Shown: one piece after another, positions 9,579 through 19,480 of the stretch
How the letters are laid out: every line of letters starts with the position of its first letter
Position numbering within the stretch: position 1 is the first letter of the stretch
Source of the DNA: Trypanosoma brucei
Lineage: Eukaryota
Length of the DNA stretch: 64,000 bases
Assembly: GCA_000002445.1 (NCBI GenBank)
Contig: AE017150.2
Location: 1,088,001-1,152,000, forward strand
Direction: 5' to 3'
Position numbers and translations under genes: made by a program
Notes under the pieces: generated by a model
The model's input: only the letters and a program-made list of their open reading frames with translations
The model's database searches: none
Told to the model about the DNA's origin: nothing

Positions 9579-11165
9579 ATGCTAACGTTTCCCGGATTTG
9601 TGCCGTTAGGTGAAAAACAGTCTGTTCAAGCGGCATGTGAGGCTCGGCGACGATATCTGGCTGCACATCTTGTGCCTCTGTACGCTAATACGAACCCAAC
9701 CGAACTCTGGAATAACATCGTTAAGTATAGGGAACATAGTGGTACAGATTCAAATGACTGTGTAGAAACATACGAAGAACTGAGGATATCATACAAGGGG
9801 TATAAGAGTATGGTATATAACCTTGTTTTCCACATGACCATTGAAGAAGATAAAGCGGCACCGGCATCCGAGCGCGAGTCCCGCAAGCGGCTGTACTTTA
9901 GTCACCCGTTTCTTTCCCCTGCCACTTTTTTATCCTTCCCGCGCGCAGAGGATGGAACGATATCTGCCGTTCCCATGTATGCTTTCGCAGCTAAGCGGCT
10001 ACTTCTCTATAGGTTGCGAATTAAACTTGAACTAACTGCGAGGGTTGTTCCTATGGTTCTGCAGGATCCCGTTTCTAAAGTAGCGGGGCAGCTGCGATGC
10101 CCACCGAGTGCATCATCTCCCCTTTCCAATGGTTTAACGCAGGATGATATTGAAAACTTTCTAGTGGAGTTGGTGCCGAATTTGCGCCTCGTGCGGGATA
10201 TACCGCCATGGATGCAACCGTATTATCTCTGTCATGCATCGAGAAAGTTTATGTTCATGTGTGATACGAGACGTACTGGGGCTATAGCCATCGACACCAT
10301 GATGAAGAGCGATGTCTTCTCAGAGCTGCTGCGCATGTATGAGAGTGACGCACAAGATGCCATCACAACTTTTCCAGAGGGTTGCACGGTGGATGTGGCT
10401 GCCTCACATTTAGTGGCAGATACTGGCGTTGATGACACGGTGGCAGCATTAGTTATTTCTTATGAGGGAGAAGGGAATCATCCAGACGACATGTACACTG
10501 TGAAGGCACTGGAGGAAGAAACTGTACTTCGCGTCCGCAGAAGTCAGTTATATTGGAACCCGGGCTCTACCGAGTTCCTCACACAAGATGTGTTGAGTAT
10601 GGACAACTGGTTTTCTCTTCCCCTCATGGGTCGAATTTATGAGCACTACACGAGTTTGGACCTTGATGGTGATGGCGTTCTTTCTATAGATGAACTTGCC
10701 CGCTACTGTGACAGTAGTTTTACCAGTTTAGTGGTTGAGCGGGTATTTGAGTGCCACGTCCCGCACAGCGGCAAGCATCATGTAATGGATTATAAGACAT
10801 ATTTGGATTTTGTCATTGCAACGGAACACGCGGCGACCCTTCCTGCTATGAAATACATTTGGAGCATTCTAGATTTAGAAGGAACAAAGTCGTATGTTAC
10901 TGTAGATACCCTGCGGGGTTTCTGCAAAGAGGTTGCAAGTGAACTCATTGCTAATGGTCTCATGACTGATATTTCAGCGCAATCAATTCTATCAGAAGTG
11001 ATTGATATGATCAATCCTAAGTGGCACGAATGGGTAGAATTTGATGACATTGTACGATCTGGTCACCAGGCAACTGTGTTGCCCATCTTGTTGAGTTACC
11101 GTAATTTCTACGCATATGATTGTCGCGAGCAAACGGCAGCTGAAGCCAATGATGAATATGCGTAG
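9579..11165 (+). CDS. EF-hand domain protein, possibly a PP2A B''(PR72)-type regulatory subunit; 528 aa
   Basis: Long, clean ORF. The supplied start (9552) is a TTG; the first in-frame ATG is at 9579 (MLTFPGF...). It carries a canonical EF-hand loop, DLDGDGVLSIDELARY. Assignment to the B'' family is my weak recollection of the architecture, not a motif-level match. Confidence 0.6.
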   Translation: MLTFPGFVPLGEKQSVQAACEARRRYLAAHLVPLYANTNPTELWNNIVKYREHSGTDSNDCVETYEELRISYKGYKSMVYNLVFHMTIEEDKAAPASERESRKRLYFSHPFLSPATFLSFPRAEDGTISAVPMYAFAAKRLLLYRLRIKLELTARVVPMVLQDPVSKVAGQLRCPPSASSPLSNGLTQDDIENFLVELVPNLRLVRDIPPWMQPYYLCHASRKFMFMCDTRRTGAIAIDTMMKSDVFSELLRMYESDAQDAITTFPEGCTVDVAASHLVADTGVDDTVAALVISYEGEGNHPDDMYTVKALEEETVLRVRRSQLYWNPGSTEFLTQDVLSMDNWFSLPLMGRIYEHYTSLDLDGDGVLSIDELARYCDSSFTSLVVERVFECHVPHSGKHHVMDYKTYLDFVIATEHAATLPAMKYIWSILDLEGTKSYVTVDTLRGFCKEVASELIANGLMTDISAQSILSEVIDMINPKWHEWVEFDDIVRSGHQATVLPILLSYRNFYAYDCREQTAAEANDEYA

Positions 11166-11299
11166 AGCGAATGATGATGAGAAGTATCAGAGTGCCGGTT
11201 GCATTTGTAGTGCTGAGGCGGTAAAACCCTCATGCACATTTTTTTTTTCCAAAACAAAAAAAGTAATAATAATTTATTTTGGAACCCTTACGAGCAAAT

Positions 11300-11365
11300 A
11301 TTCAAGCACCCTATTTTTTTTTTCTGTTTCCGTTTCTGTTTTTTTTTTTTTCGTCCTCCTGTCTG
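11300..11365 (+). promoter_or_regulatory. Polypyrimidine tract plus AG upstream of RPL44; candidate trans-splice signal
   Basis: tttttttttctgtttccgtttctgtttttttttttttcgtcctcctgtctgctcaaacgtag sits upstream of the ATG at 11561. Confidence 0.4.
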
Positions 11366-11468
11366 CTCAAACGTAGGTGCATAATGTCTCCCTGAATTAT
11401 GTAACTCAACCCTCTTTTTCATTTTCTTTCCTTTTACATTCACATATAAAAAAAAAATGCGTATATAT

Positions 11469-11478
<10 letters not shown>

Positions 11479-11508
<30 letters not shown>
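11479..11508. repeat. (TA)n microsatellite
   Basis: atatatatatatatatatatatatatatat seen in the sequence. Confidence 0.9.
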
Positions 11509-11512
<4 letters not shown>

Positions 11513-11560
11513 TTATTTATTATTTCTTGTGTTATAAAGGGCAGAGGAGGAGGAAAGGAG

Positions 11561-11881
11561 ATGGTTAACTACCCCAAAAAGAAGAAAATGCATTGCCCTG
11601 ATGAAAGGTGCAATGCTCACAAGAGTTTTAAGGTAGTTCAGTATAAAGCTGGTAAGGCACGTTTGTATGCCAGAGGTAAGCGCCGTTACGACCGCAAACA
11701 GTCCGGTTATGGTGGTCAGACGAAACCTATTTTCCACAAGAAGGCGAAAACGACAAAAAAAATTGTTTTGAAGCTTCAGTGCTCCAACTGCAAGTCGATT
11801 ATTCAAAATGTCTTGAAGCGCACGAAGCACTTTGAGCTGAATGACAAAAAGAAGACTGGCAACAAGGATCCTACATGGTAA
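11561..11881 (+). CDS. RPL44: 60S ribosomal protein L44 (eL42/L36a), 106 aa
   Basis: [79 protein letters not shown]... is a near-universal eL42 sequence that includes the C4 zinc ribbon. Confidence 0.95.
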   Translation: MVNYPKKKKMHCPDERCNAHKSFKVVQYKAGKARLYARGKRRYDRKQSGYGGQTKPIFHKKAKTTKKIVLKLQCSNCKSIIQNVLKRTKHFELNDKKKTGNKDPTW

Positions 11882-12374
11882 ACGTAGGTTAAACCTTCGA
11901 TTCGCGATATCGTTGTGGGGTCCGATTATTTTCTATCTTGACTTCAGTCCTTCTTTTACCTTTCGTCTTATCTTATTCTGACCCTCTTGTTCATTTCCTT
12001 CTTTCTTTTTTTTTTTTAAAAAAGAGACTGACTCTTTCCGTATTTACTTTTACACCTGATGGTGTGGGAGTAATAATGCATGTGACAACATATGAGTAGG
12101 GCAGGCAGCGCTGTGCACTTTTTTTTTTTGGGGGGGGCACAAAACTATGGTTTCCCCATCCATTCCTTTACTTTTGTTAGGCAAGAGTGGATGCGTTATG
12201 GTTAAAGGGGGATGCACGTGTGCGTTTCTTTTATCTGTAGTAATTAAGGAGGTTCACTTTAACTTCCTTTTATTTTCTCTTCTTTTTTTTCTTTTTGACT
12301 GGAAATGAAGTCATATTGTAACATACAACAACAACAACAAAGGAAAAAAGAAATAGAGAGGAAATAGGAGGAGA

Positions 12375-12406
<32 letters not shown>
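12375..12406. repeat. (TA)n microsatellite
   Basis: tatatatatatatatatatatatatatatata seen in the sequence. Confidence 0.9.
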
Positions 12407-12409
<3 letters not shown>

Positions 12410-12462
12410 GTGTGTGTATTTATTCACCTACTTCAGTCCTAAAAGGGAGTGAGTAGGCGAAG

Positions 12463-13926
12463 ATGCTGCGGTCCTTGTTGTTACGAGGAGCCGCGGTGCT
12501 TCGTGGTTTGCCATCCGTTAAAAAGAAGGAGTTGAAAGGGATGGTAAAAGCCAAAAAAGCAGCGAAGTTGAATGCAAAGGGATCATCAGAACCCGTAGTG
12601 AAAACAAAAGAGAAAACTAAACCAAAAGCGGAGCAGCGAGTAACAGCTGCGGACAAACAACGAAAGCAACGTGAAAGAGAAGCAGAGCGGTTGTTTCTGC
12701 AAATGGTGAGGGAAGAGCGGAAGCGGCGCCGGTTAGTCATTCGGGCTGCCATACGGAAAGCGGTATCGAAGGAGAAGGAGGAAGAATCCAAACTTGTTCG
12801 TCACTATGCCGCCAATAAACGAAAGGCCATTGCAGAGTTGCAGAGATTAAAGCAAGAAGATGTGGCAGCATCCGTTTCACCAGCTCCTCCACGGAAGACT
12901 ACTCGAGGGCGCCGCGCGGCGAAAGCAGCTGATGCCGAAGCGGAACGTGCATTCAAAAAGAAAATAGAATCTGAAGCAGAACAAAAGTTTTTACTTCTGA
13001 TTGAAGAATTGAGCAAGAAGAGACGCGAGGAACTACAGAATGCGGCTGCGCTTTTGAAGAAACAAAAGGAGGCCGAAAGCGCGCCACCGGTGATGGCTGT
13101 GGCAAATGAGGCTCCGTTAGCGGCACCTGAAGCAGCGGAAGCTGTTGAGGCTCTAGCAGCAGAGGAAATGGCAACAACAAAAACGAAACGTAGAAGACGA
13201 GTGAAGTCAGAGACACAACCTGAAGTAGTGGCGGCGGTTGTGGAAGAGGGGAATGAGGAAGAAATAATTCATGCTCCAGTTATCGAAGCGAAGGGAAGAA
13301 GAAACAGAAGTCCACGCAAGGAGGGACCAAAAACTGTTGTAGCACCCGCTGTAATAGCGCCTGTTGTTGAGGGGGAGGATCTGCTTCCAGTAGTTGTTGC
13401 AACTGCAGCCGAAGAGGAACCAGTCATAAAAGATGTGACTGTAGAAGCTGTGGATGATGTGCAGGAGGTGGCGCCAGTGGAGAAAAGTGAAGTGAAAAAA
13501 ACACCACGGCAGCGTCGCTCGTCGCCGAAGGCGGTGAAACTTCCGTCCGTAGCAGCCCCAGTTACTCCTGTTGTGGATCATACACCTCCATTAGTTGCAT
13601 ATGCCGAAGTTCCAGCAACCCAACAGCAACAACAGCAACAGCAACAACAGCAACTGAGTCATGCATTTTCTCTAGCAGGTTTTGCTGATGCACCGTTAGT
13701 TCCTCTCACGGGCCCCACTACTCCATTTGTGCAGCGGGGCCTTACCGGAGTTCCCTCCTTTGATATTCCCGTCGTTCCGTTACGTGCAAATCCCGTGGAA
13801 ACTTTGGTTCACAACACGAGGGGTGTTGTGCCCGCCCCACCAGCGCAATTTACTCTTAACATTCCCGCCGCTCAACCAGCGACAACACCTCAAAGAATAA
13901 CAAATACCGGACTTCTTCGACTTTAA
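12463..13926 (+). CDS. Hypothetical basic, lysine/alanine/glutamate-rich low-complexity protein with a C-terminal polyQ tract, 487 aa
   Basis: ATG at 12463 after a polypyrimidine tract (12240-12300). The 1.46 kb ORF has strong compositional bias (KKAAKLNAKG..., EAERAFKKKIESEAEQKF, (Q)13). I recognise no domain. Moderate GC and a codon-like third-position pattern support coding. Confidence 0.65.
   Translation: MLRSLLLRGAAVLRGLPSVKKKELKGMVKAKKAAKLNAKGSSEPVVKTKEKTKPKAEQRVTAADKQRKQREREAERLFLQMVREERKRRRLVIRAAIRKAVSKEKEEESKLVRHYAANKRKAIAELQRLKQEDVAASVSPAPPRKTTRGRRAAKAADAEAERAFKKKIESEAEQKFLLLIEELSKKRREELQNAAALLKKQKEAESAPPVMAVANEAPLAAPEAAEAVEALAAEEMATTKTKRRRRVKSETQPEVVAAVVEEGNEEEIIHAPVIEAKGRRNRSPRKEGPKTVVAPAVIAPVVEGEDLLPVVVATAAEEEPVIKDVTVEAVDDVQEVAPVEKSEVKKTPRQRRSSPKAVKLPSVAAPVTPVVDHTPPLVAYAEVPATQQQQQQQQQQQLSHAFSLAGFADAPLVPLTGPTTPFVQRGLTGVPSFDIPVVPLRANPVETLVHNTRGVVPAPPAQFTLNIPAAQPATTPQRITNTGLLRL
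13621..13653 (+). repeat. (CAR)n trinucleotide repeat encoding polyQ
   Basis: caacagcaacaacagcaacagcaacaacagcaa seen in the sequence. Confidence 0.9.
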
Positions 13927-14287
13927 CAATGTTGGAATTGCGAGTACGGAGACTTTCATGGTGAGAATGTTGGGTGGAGTGGCGTTGGTAAAAAGGCATG
14001 GGGAGAGGAAAGGAAAAACAAAACAAAACAAAAGCAAACAAAGAGAACCAGTAAAAAAACAACAACAACAACAAAAAAAAAAAGGAAGAAACGAAAGCAG
14101 CAAGAAGAACCTCACAAGGGAGAGGGGGGGGGGTGGAAATATAGATAGAAAAGAGGCATATGATATTGAAAACGAAAAAAAAAATAAATGAAAAGAAGTA
14201 AATAGGGGGGGGGGGGGAAATTTAGATAAGGGTGGGTCTCACACGCTGCTGTTGGTAGTTTCTGTGTGTTGCTTGTTCATAGATTTA

Positions 14288-14289
<2 letters not shown>

Positions 14290-14318
<29 letters not shown>
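14290..14318. repeat. (TA)n microsatellite
   Basis: atatatatatatatatatatatatatat seen in the sequence. Confidence 0.9.
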
Positions 14319-14322
<4 letters not shown>

Positions 14323-14732
14323 GTGTGAACAAGGGGAAATGGAAGTGCTGTTAAACTTCTTTTTTTTCCCCTTTAACCGCTCCACACGTCATCGTGCACG
14401 CAAAAAACTTTTTGGCACAGGAAAAAATGACATCAGTAAGAGTACGCTGTTCGTCATTTTTCAGTTTATGTCGATTTTACTATTTTAATCACTCAATTTT
14501 TTATCTTTTGTTTATTTGGTGTAATGTGGCTGTTGTTTTATGTTTTGTTTACCGACTAAAGTTTATTTCAACTGTGCTGCTCTCGCTTCCACATTTTCAC
14601 ATTGAAAAGAAAAAAAAAAAAGAAACATCCCTCCCAAACTCGTTTCGTTCTTTTTTCCATTTCTGTTTTTTTTTTTTTACTTGGCTATTGTTTACCATTC
14701 TTATATTAGTAGCGTGCGTGCAGGTGTGTGTG

Positions 14733-17700
14733 ATGCACGCGAGAATAAATATACGTAACGCCGTGTTTGTACCACTTGGCATTTCCATATGCGCCGCTGC
14801 CGTTGTTATCGCAGCTCGAGCATTATTACGCGAAAGGGCGAGGCCTGCGGTTCTTTTGGATTGCGAGCGGAAGGCATATGAAATACTTGAGATGCTTACG
14901 AGGGCAACAATAAAAACAGATGGGCACGACAGTAAGCAGACGGAATGCAAAGATGACGCCTCCATCGCCATTTTTTTGAATTGCAACGGGGTGGAGTCCA
15001 TACACGTGAGGACTTTAGTGTTTAACCACAATATCATGCAACTTCCGTCCGTGTTTGCAGTTCACTGCGGCTTGATGAAGAATTCGCACCCGGACCATCT
15101 TCTTGTTTGCGACATTTGGAACTGTCTCATGGCGTTGATGAACTGCAGCATCCGTGACATTTTATTGGATGATGGCGTTGCATTGTGTATCCTCGACGAT
15201 GTAAAAGCTGAGGAAGTCTTGGCACTGTGCATGCTGCTGCGAGGTAAATACTCAATCGCGCGGTATCCGCCTGCTGCTCAAGCCGATGTTGTGGTACAGG
15301 AGTTTCCTGAAGAGCTGTATTTGGGTTTAATTACTGCCTATAACAGAAAACGCTCGCTTCAATCCGGAATAACTTCTTTTTGGAAGCTAATGTGCTCCTC
15401 GTGCTCCATTCCGCAACTTGTCACCTTGGCGGCTACCGTATTGTTCTCACCAGAGGTTATTCTGAAATGTATTCTGGGGATGCATGCTTTCGTCCACTGG
15501 CGACCTATCTACGCGGCGGAGATTGGAAAGAGTCTAAACGGCGATGTGTCACCCAAGCTGTCGCCATTCCGGTTTATCATAAAGCAACTTATGGGGCTTC
15601 CAGCGACTTTTGTGTCGATGGCGGTTGCGTCAACGTTTGCCTTTGAGTCGTTGTACTGCATCCGTGGATTTGTTATCCAATCCATCCTATCGGATATTAT
15701 TACTTCTATTCACATTGATGCCTATTTGGCGCTGGCTACGGCCGACTACGATCCTTCTGATGATTGGCTTCTCTCCCGTTGTGTATCGCAGGCTCTTTGG
15801 CAGGCCTCAGGTTCGGTGATGGATGAGCTGCAGAGTCGAGTGCCTGCACTACTTGAAGTGATGCACGGGTGTCGAGTCGTCTTCAGTTTTCCAGTGGTTT
15901 CTCTAGTCATGTGGTTAGGGACTCAATGGAGTAATTTCCTGTACTTTCTTAATGAAAGCCTTTACATGGAGTCGCAGTTTACAAAGAGCCAATTAGCTTC
16001 AGTCACTAATATCGCTACTTCCACTTATGCAGGAAATGGAGAGGAAAATCAGGTGTCTCCCACCTGCTCATTTCCCGTCCAAAATTCCTTGACCTCGTCG
16101 CCCCTAACCCTTCTACAGAAACAGAAGGATGACGGAATAAAGTGTATGTTATCATCTACGGACAACAAAATGTTGTTTCAACAGACTTTCTCCCACCCCT
16201 CCCGTCACGACAAGTCGTCAGTGCAGTACGGTTTGGTGCTCTTTTCAATGGTATTCGTGGAGTCCGGTAGACCACTTGGCTACATGTGGGACCTTCTCAC
16301 ACAACACGTGATATGGCCTTTAGTACCTTCCGTGTTCAGCGGATGCGTTGTGGACGCATTGAAGCGGAAATTACAAGCAGGCGGCCACACATGCGCTGTA
16401 AGTGTGCGACGGCTTGGATGGATAAAAGACGTCATTCAAAACTCACCGCGACCAGCGACTGCGAGTCCGTCCACTTGTGTTTGGCAGTGCCGTCAGGATT
16501 ATCTTCAGGGATTTGCAGCACTTCGTCTTTCCGGGTGGGAGTTGATGGCAGCCACGGCGGCTGCCGCCTTCGCAACAGCGTCGGAGCGGAATGATCGTTA
16601 TGAGCAGTGCGGGCGTGATGTTTTGCACGGGTTGTTTCAGATGGCTGACACGTTGCCACTTTTGCTTGTTTCAGCAGTGGCTCTACGTTTCTCACCTAAC
16701 TTTTTTACGCAATCGGTGTTGGATCAAACCGAGATAGTGAATCAGTTGCGTTCAATTCAACACTGGTGTCCATTGTATCACGCATTCCTCGGCTCTTTTT
16801 ACGACGAGTGCGGTATGAGTGAAGCGCAAGTCGATGAGGCTCACCTCCGGCGGCACCTCGCTTTTAGCGGAAGTTCACTGGGGTGTTATCAAGTTTTGGA
16901 GGGTTTGCAATCAGTTCAGCGGAAAATTGATCGACCCGTACGAGGCATTGTCCCTCCTTCACTGGATGGACCATGGAGTGTGGAGTTTCGTGAAGTTTCT
17001 TTTAGATACAGCGACAGACATCCTTATGTCCTCCGGCGAGTCTCATTTGTCGTAAACAAGGGAGAGTTCCTTGGCATTGCCGGCTACAGCGGGTCTGGGA
17101 AAACAACACTTCTCCGTCTGCTCAATCGAACATATGCTCCAACGGAAGGAGACATTTTTGTGAATGGAGTACATATAAGCCAATACCCTGCTCGCATGTT
17201 GAGGCGCCGAATAGCCAACGTGTGGCAAGAAGAGAACAACTTGAGATTCATTGAGGATCTTTCCATCGGGGGAAATATTGCGTTGGGTAATCTCTGGGAT
17301 TGCAGCGATGAAAACATTTGCGCGGCACTTTCCGCTTCACGTGCGCTCAGCTTCGTGCAGAAGCGTTCATCCGGAATTCATGCACCTTTAAATGTGCGTG
17401 AGTTTAGTGGCGGTGAAGTGGAACGTCTTTGCATCGCACGTGCTTTCGTAAAAGCCGGCTCAGCTGTTGGTCTCTGCATTTTCGATGAACCTACAAGTGC
17501 AATTGATACCATAACTGAAGGAGAAATCTTCGATACGCTGCGGCTCCGTGAGGGAAACAATTTACTACGGGATTCTACCATTATTATTGTGGCGCATCGT
17601 CTTGCAACATTAAAGCATGCGGATAAAATTGTCGTTCTTAATGAAGGAATGGTTGCTGAGGTGGGAAGTTGGGAGACACTTTCCAGAACAGGGCCTCACT

Positions 17701-17753
17701 CATGCTTTTCGAGGATGCGTCAGTCGCAGCAATTGCCCCACTTTGTGAAATAA
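14733..17753 (+). CDS. ABC-ATPase family protein: a single C-terminal nucleotide-binding domain after a ~700 aa N-terminal region with scattered hydrophobic segments; 1006 aa
   Basis: Walker A GIAGYSGSGKTTLLRLL; an ABC-signature-like FSGGEVERLCIARAF; Walker B LCIFDEPTSAID; H-loop IIIVAHRLATL. The supplied ORF (14394..) reads through a polypyrimidine tract (14600-14700), so I prefer the ATG at 14733 (MHARINIR...). Confidence 0.82.
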   Translation: MHARINIRNAVFVPLGISICAAAVVIAARALLRERARPAVLLDCERKAYEILEMLTRATIKTDGHDSKQTECKDDASIAIFLNCNGVESIHVRTLVFNHNIMQLPSVFAVHCGLMKNSHPDHLLVCDIWNCLMALMNCSIRDILLDDGVALCILDDVKAEEVLALCMLLRGKYSIARYPPAAQADVVVQEFPEELYLGLITAYNRKRSLQSGITSFWKLMCSSCSIPQLVTLAATVLFSPEVILKCILGMHAFVHWRPIYAAEIGKSLNGDVSPKLSPFRFIIKQLMGLPATFVSMAVASTFAFESLYCIRGFVIQSILSDIITSIHIDAYLALATADYDPSDDWLLSRCVSQALWQASGSVMDELQSRVPALLEVMHGCRVVFSFPVVSLVMWLGTQWSNFLYFLNESLYMESQFTKSQLASVTNIATSTYAGNGEENQVSPTCSFPVQNSLTSSPLTLLQKQKDDGIKCMLSSTDNKMLFQQTFSHPSRHDKSSVQYGLVLFSMVFVESGRPLGYMWDLLTQHVIWPLVPSVFSGCVVDALKRKLQAGGHTCAVSVRRLGWIKDVIQNSPRPATASPSTCVWQCRQDYLQGFAALRLSGWELMAATAAAAFATASERNDRYEQCGRDVLHGLFQMADTLPLLLVSAVALRFSPNFFTQSVLDQTEIVNQLRSIQHWCPLYHAFLGSFYDECGMSEAQVDEAHLRRHLAFSGSSLGCYQVLEGLQSVQRKIDRPVRGIVPPSLDGPWSVEFREVSFRYSDRHPYVLRRVSFVVNKGEFLGIAGYSGSGKTTLLRLLNRTYAPTEGDIFVNGVHISQYPARMLRRRIANVWQEENNLRFIEDLSIGGNIALGNLWDCSDENICAALSASRALSFVQKRSSGIHAPLNVREFSGGEVERLCIARAFVKAGSAVGLCIFDEPTSAIDTITEGEIFDTLRLREGNNLLRDSTIIIVAHRLATLKHADKIVVLNEGMVAEVGSWETLSRTGPHSCFSRMRQSQQLPHFVK

Positions 17754-19374
17754 AAAAAAAATAAAAATAATGTCATAATGATACCTTCAGTGCATTTGCA
17801 GTACGCCGCGTCCATAAAGAAGAAATGGTGTTGATGAATTTATTATTAATTTTTTAAAAGGAAGGAAGGGTGGAAGAAAAGACAAGAAGAAGAACAAGAG
17901 CCGCTTTTGTTCTTTTTCTTTTTGTTTCGTCTGTTTGTTTCTCCATGGTACATAAAAACTGTGCAGTATTGTTTTCCACCCATTAAAAAAAAATGAGTGT
18001 TAACGCATGAAGTTCCATACAACTGTTTAATTTCATCCAGAAAGAATTCGCCCCAACGTGCCCTACTTCTCAAAATAAAACCCGTTAATTCTTTCGCTAT
18101 CATCCGTTTTGTGTTTTTTTTTCCTTTTCTCATTACTGAATCAGCACTCCTAAAAAAAAGTGCGCCATTCCCCAAAATAGCACGGTAAAGGGCGAATGTT
18201 TGTGTAATTTCGAAAAAAAAAATAAAGGAAGATGTTATAAATGCATGCAGCCCAATACTTGAGAAATGTGTATTTTCTACACCTTAACATCAATTTTTTT
18301 TTTGTAAAGGACAAACTCACTGAGTGTTTAGTGACTGCGCTTCTTCAAACTTTTCTCCCTCAAGGCGTATTATGCAGTTGCAGAGAGTCATCTGTTTTCT
18401 GCTCCTTCTCCGCTTGCTAATGATTTGTGTTTATGCGTGTTGCTTCCTTTTTTATATTGTAAGTAATAGAAGACAAAAAAGGGGATATTACATATTACAT
18501 ATTTTATTTCGTATGTTAGCATGGTTGCATAATTTATGCTGCTGTAGAGGCGTGTGTTATGGATTGTAGTATTTGGAGAAGTTGTTTGACTAAAAGTTAC
18601 AAAAGCTAACCCTGTGTGTGATGGATTGTTAATTTATATAAACTTGTTTAACTTTACATTAGAATATAAATTTATTTATTGTCATTTAAATAGTTCCCCC
18701 ATATGAGAAAACTAAATGAACACGTATATGCACGTACATGTATGTGTATATTTGCATATTTGTTGTTTATGTATATTATATTTGAGTAATGTTAGTAAGG
18801 TGAGAAAACGGCTGTGTAATAAATCATTTTTATTTGGTATGCTTTGAGTGCGCGCGCGTGGGTTCTTTATTTCTATTATTAGAAAAGGAAACTGCAATAA
18901 TTGTTTCATTATTAAAAGTTCTTCATGACTCTTGTTTTTAAGTTTAGCATTTTGCTATTACTCAAATCATGTGAATTAAGGGAGGACTCATATCAGTATC
19001 ATATGATGATATTTGAAACAATTTAGAGACGCCTGATATTACTCAATACTCTAACTCTTTTTTTTCCTTTCATATCCATTGCATTTATATTGTGATATGA
19101 TAAGTTGATTTGTGTTAGCATTCAAATGCAGCATTGTTATTATTAATATTAACTTCCTTAAGGGAAATTAATTCGAAAGGAATGTTATTGTAAAAGGATT
19201 CAAATTGCAAGTAGTTATTCAGATAATGTTAATAATTTATACACAATTTTATATTTATTGTAGTTGTAGTAGTGTGCGTATTTCAACAAAGGTACCACTA
19301 ATTTTGCAGTTACTAAAAAGTTATAATGACACAATTCTATTTCTTGATAATGTGAGTCCCTGAATTTGTTGTTC

Positions 19375-19445
19375 TCTTTATATTTTTCACTTTGCTTTTC
19401 TTTTCTTTCATTTCATATATGTTTTTCTTTTTGTTATATAGACAA
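19375..19445 (+). promoter_or_regulatory. Polypyrimidine tract plus AG upstream of NT copy 1; the same element sits upstream of every NT copy
   Basis: ttctctttatatttttcactttgcttttcttttctttcatttcatatatgtttttctttttgttatatagacaaac occurs ~40 nt before each NT ATG. Confidence 0.4.
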
Positions 19446-19480
19446 ACTTATTATATCACTATTTCAAGTAATTCAAAAAG

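Noticed and set aside
18324-18569. Small ORFs conserved in every repeat unit were considered as genes. Examples are MFSDCASSNFSPSRRIMQLQRV... at 18324, 28787, 39197, 49294 and 59817, and MKQLLQFPF... on the minus strand at 18712, 29175, 39585, 49682 and 60205.
   Set aside because: Their conservation is fully explained by recent duplication of the whole ~10.4 kb unit. They lie in AT-rich spacer, overlap opposite-strand ORFs, have no recognisable motifs, and sit where the NT genes' 5' UTR and trans-splice signals are expected.
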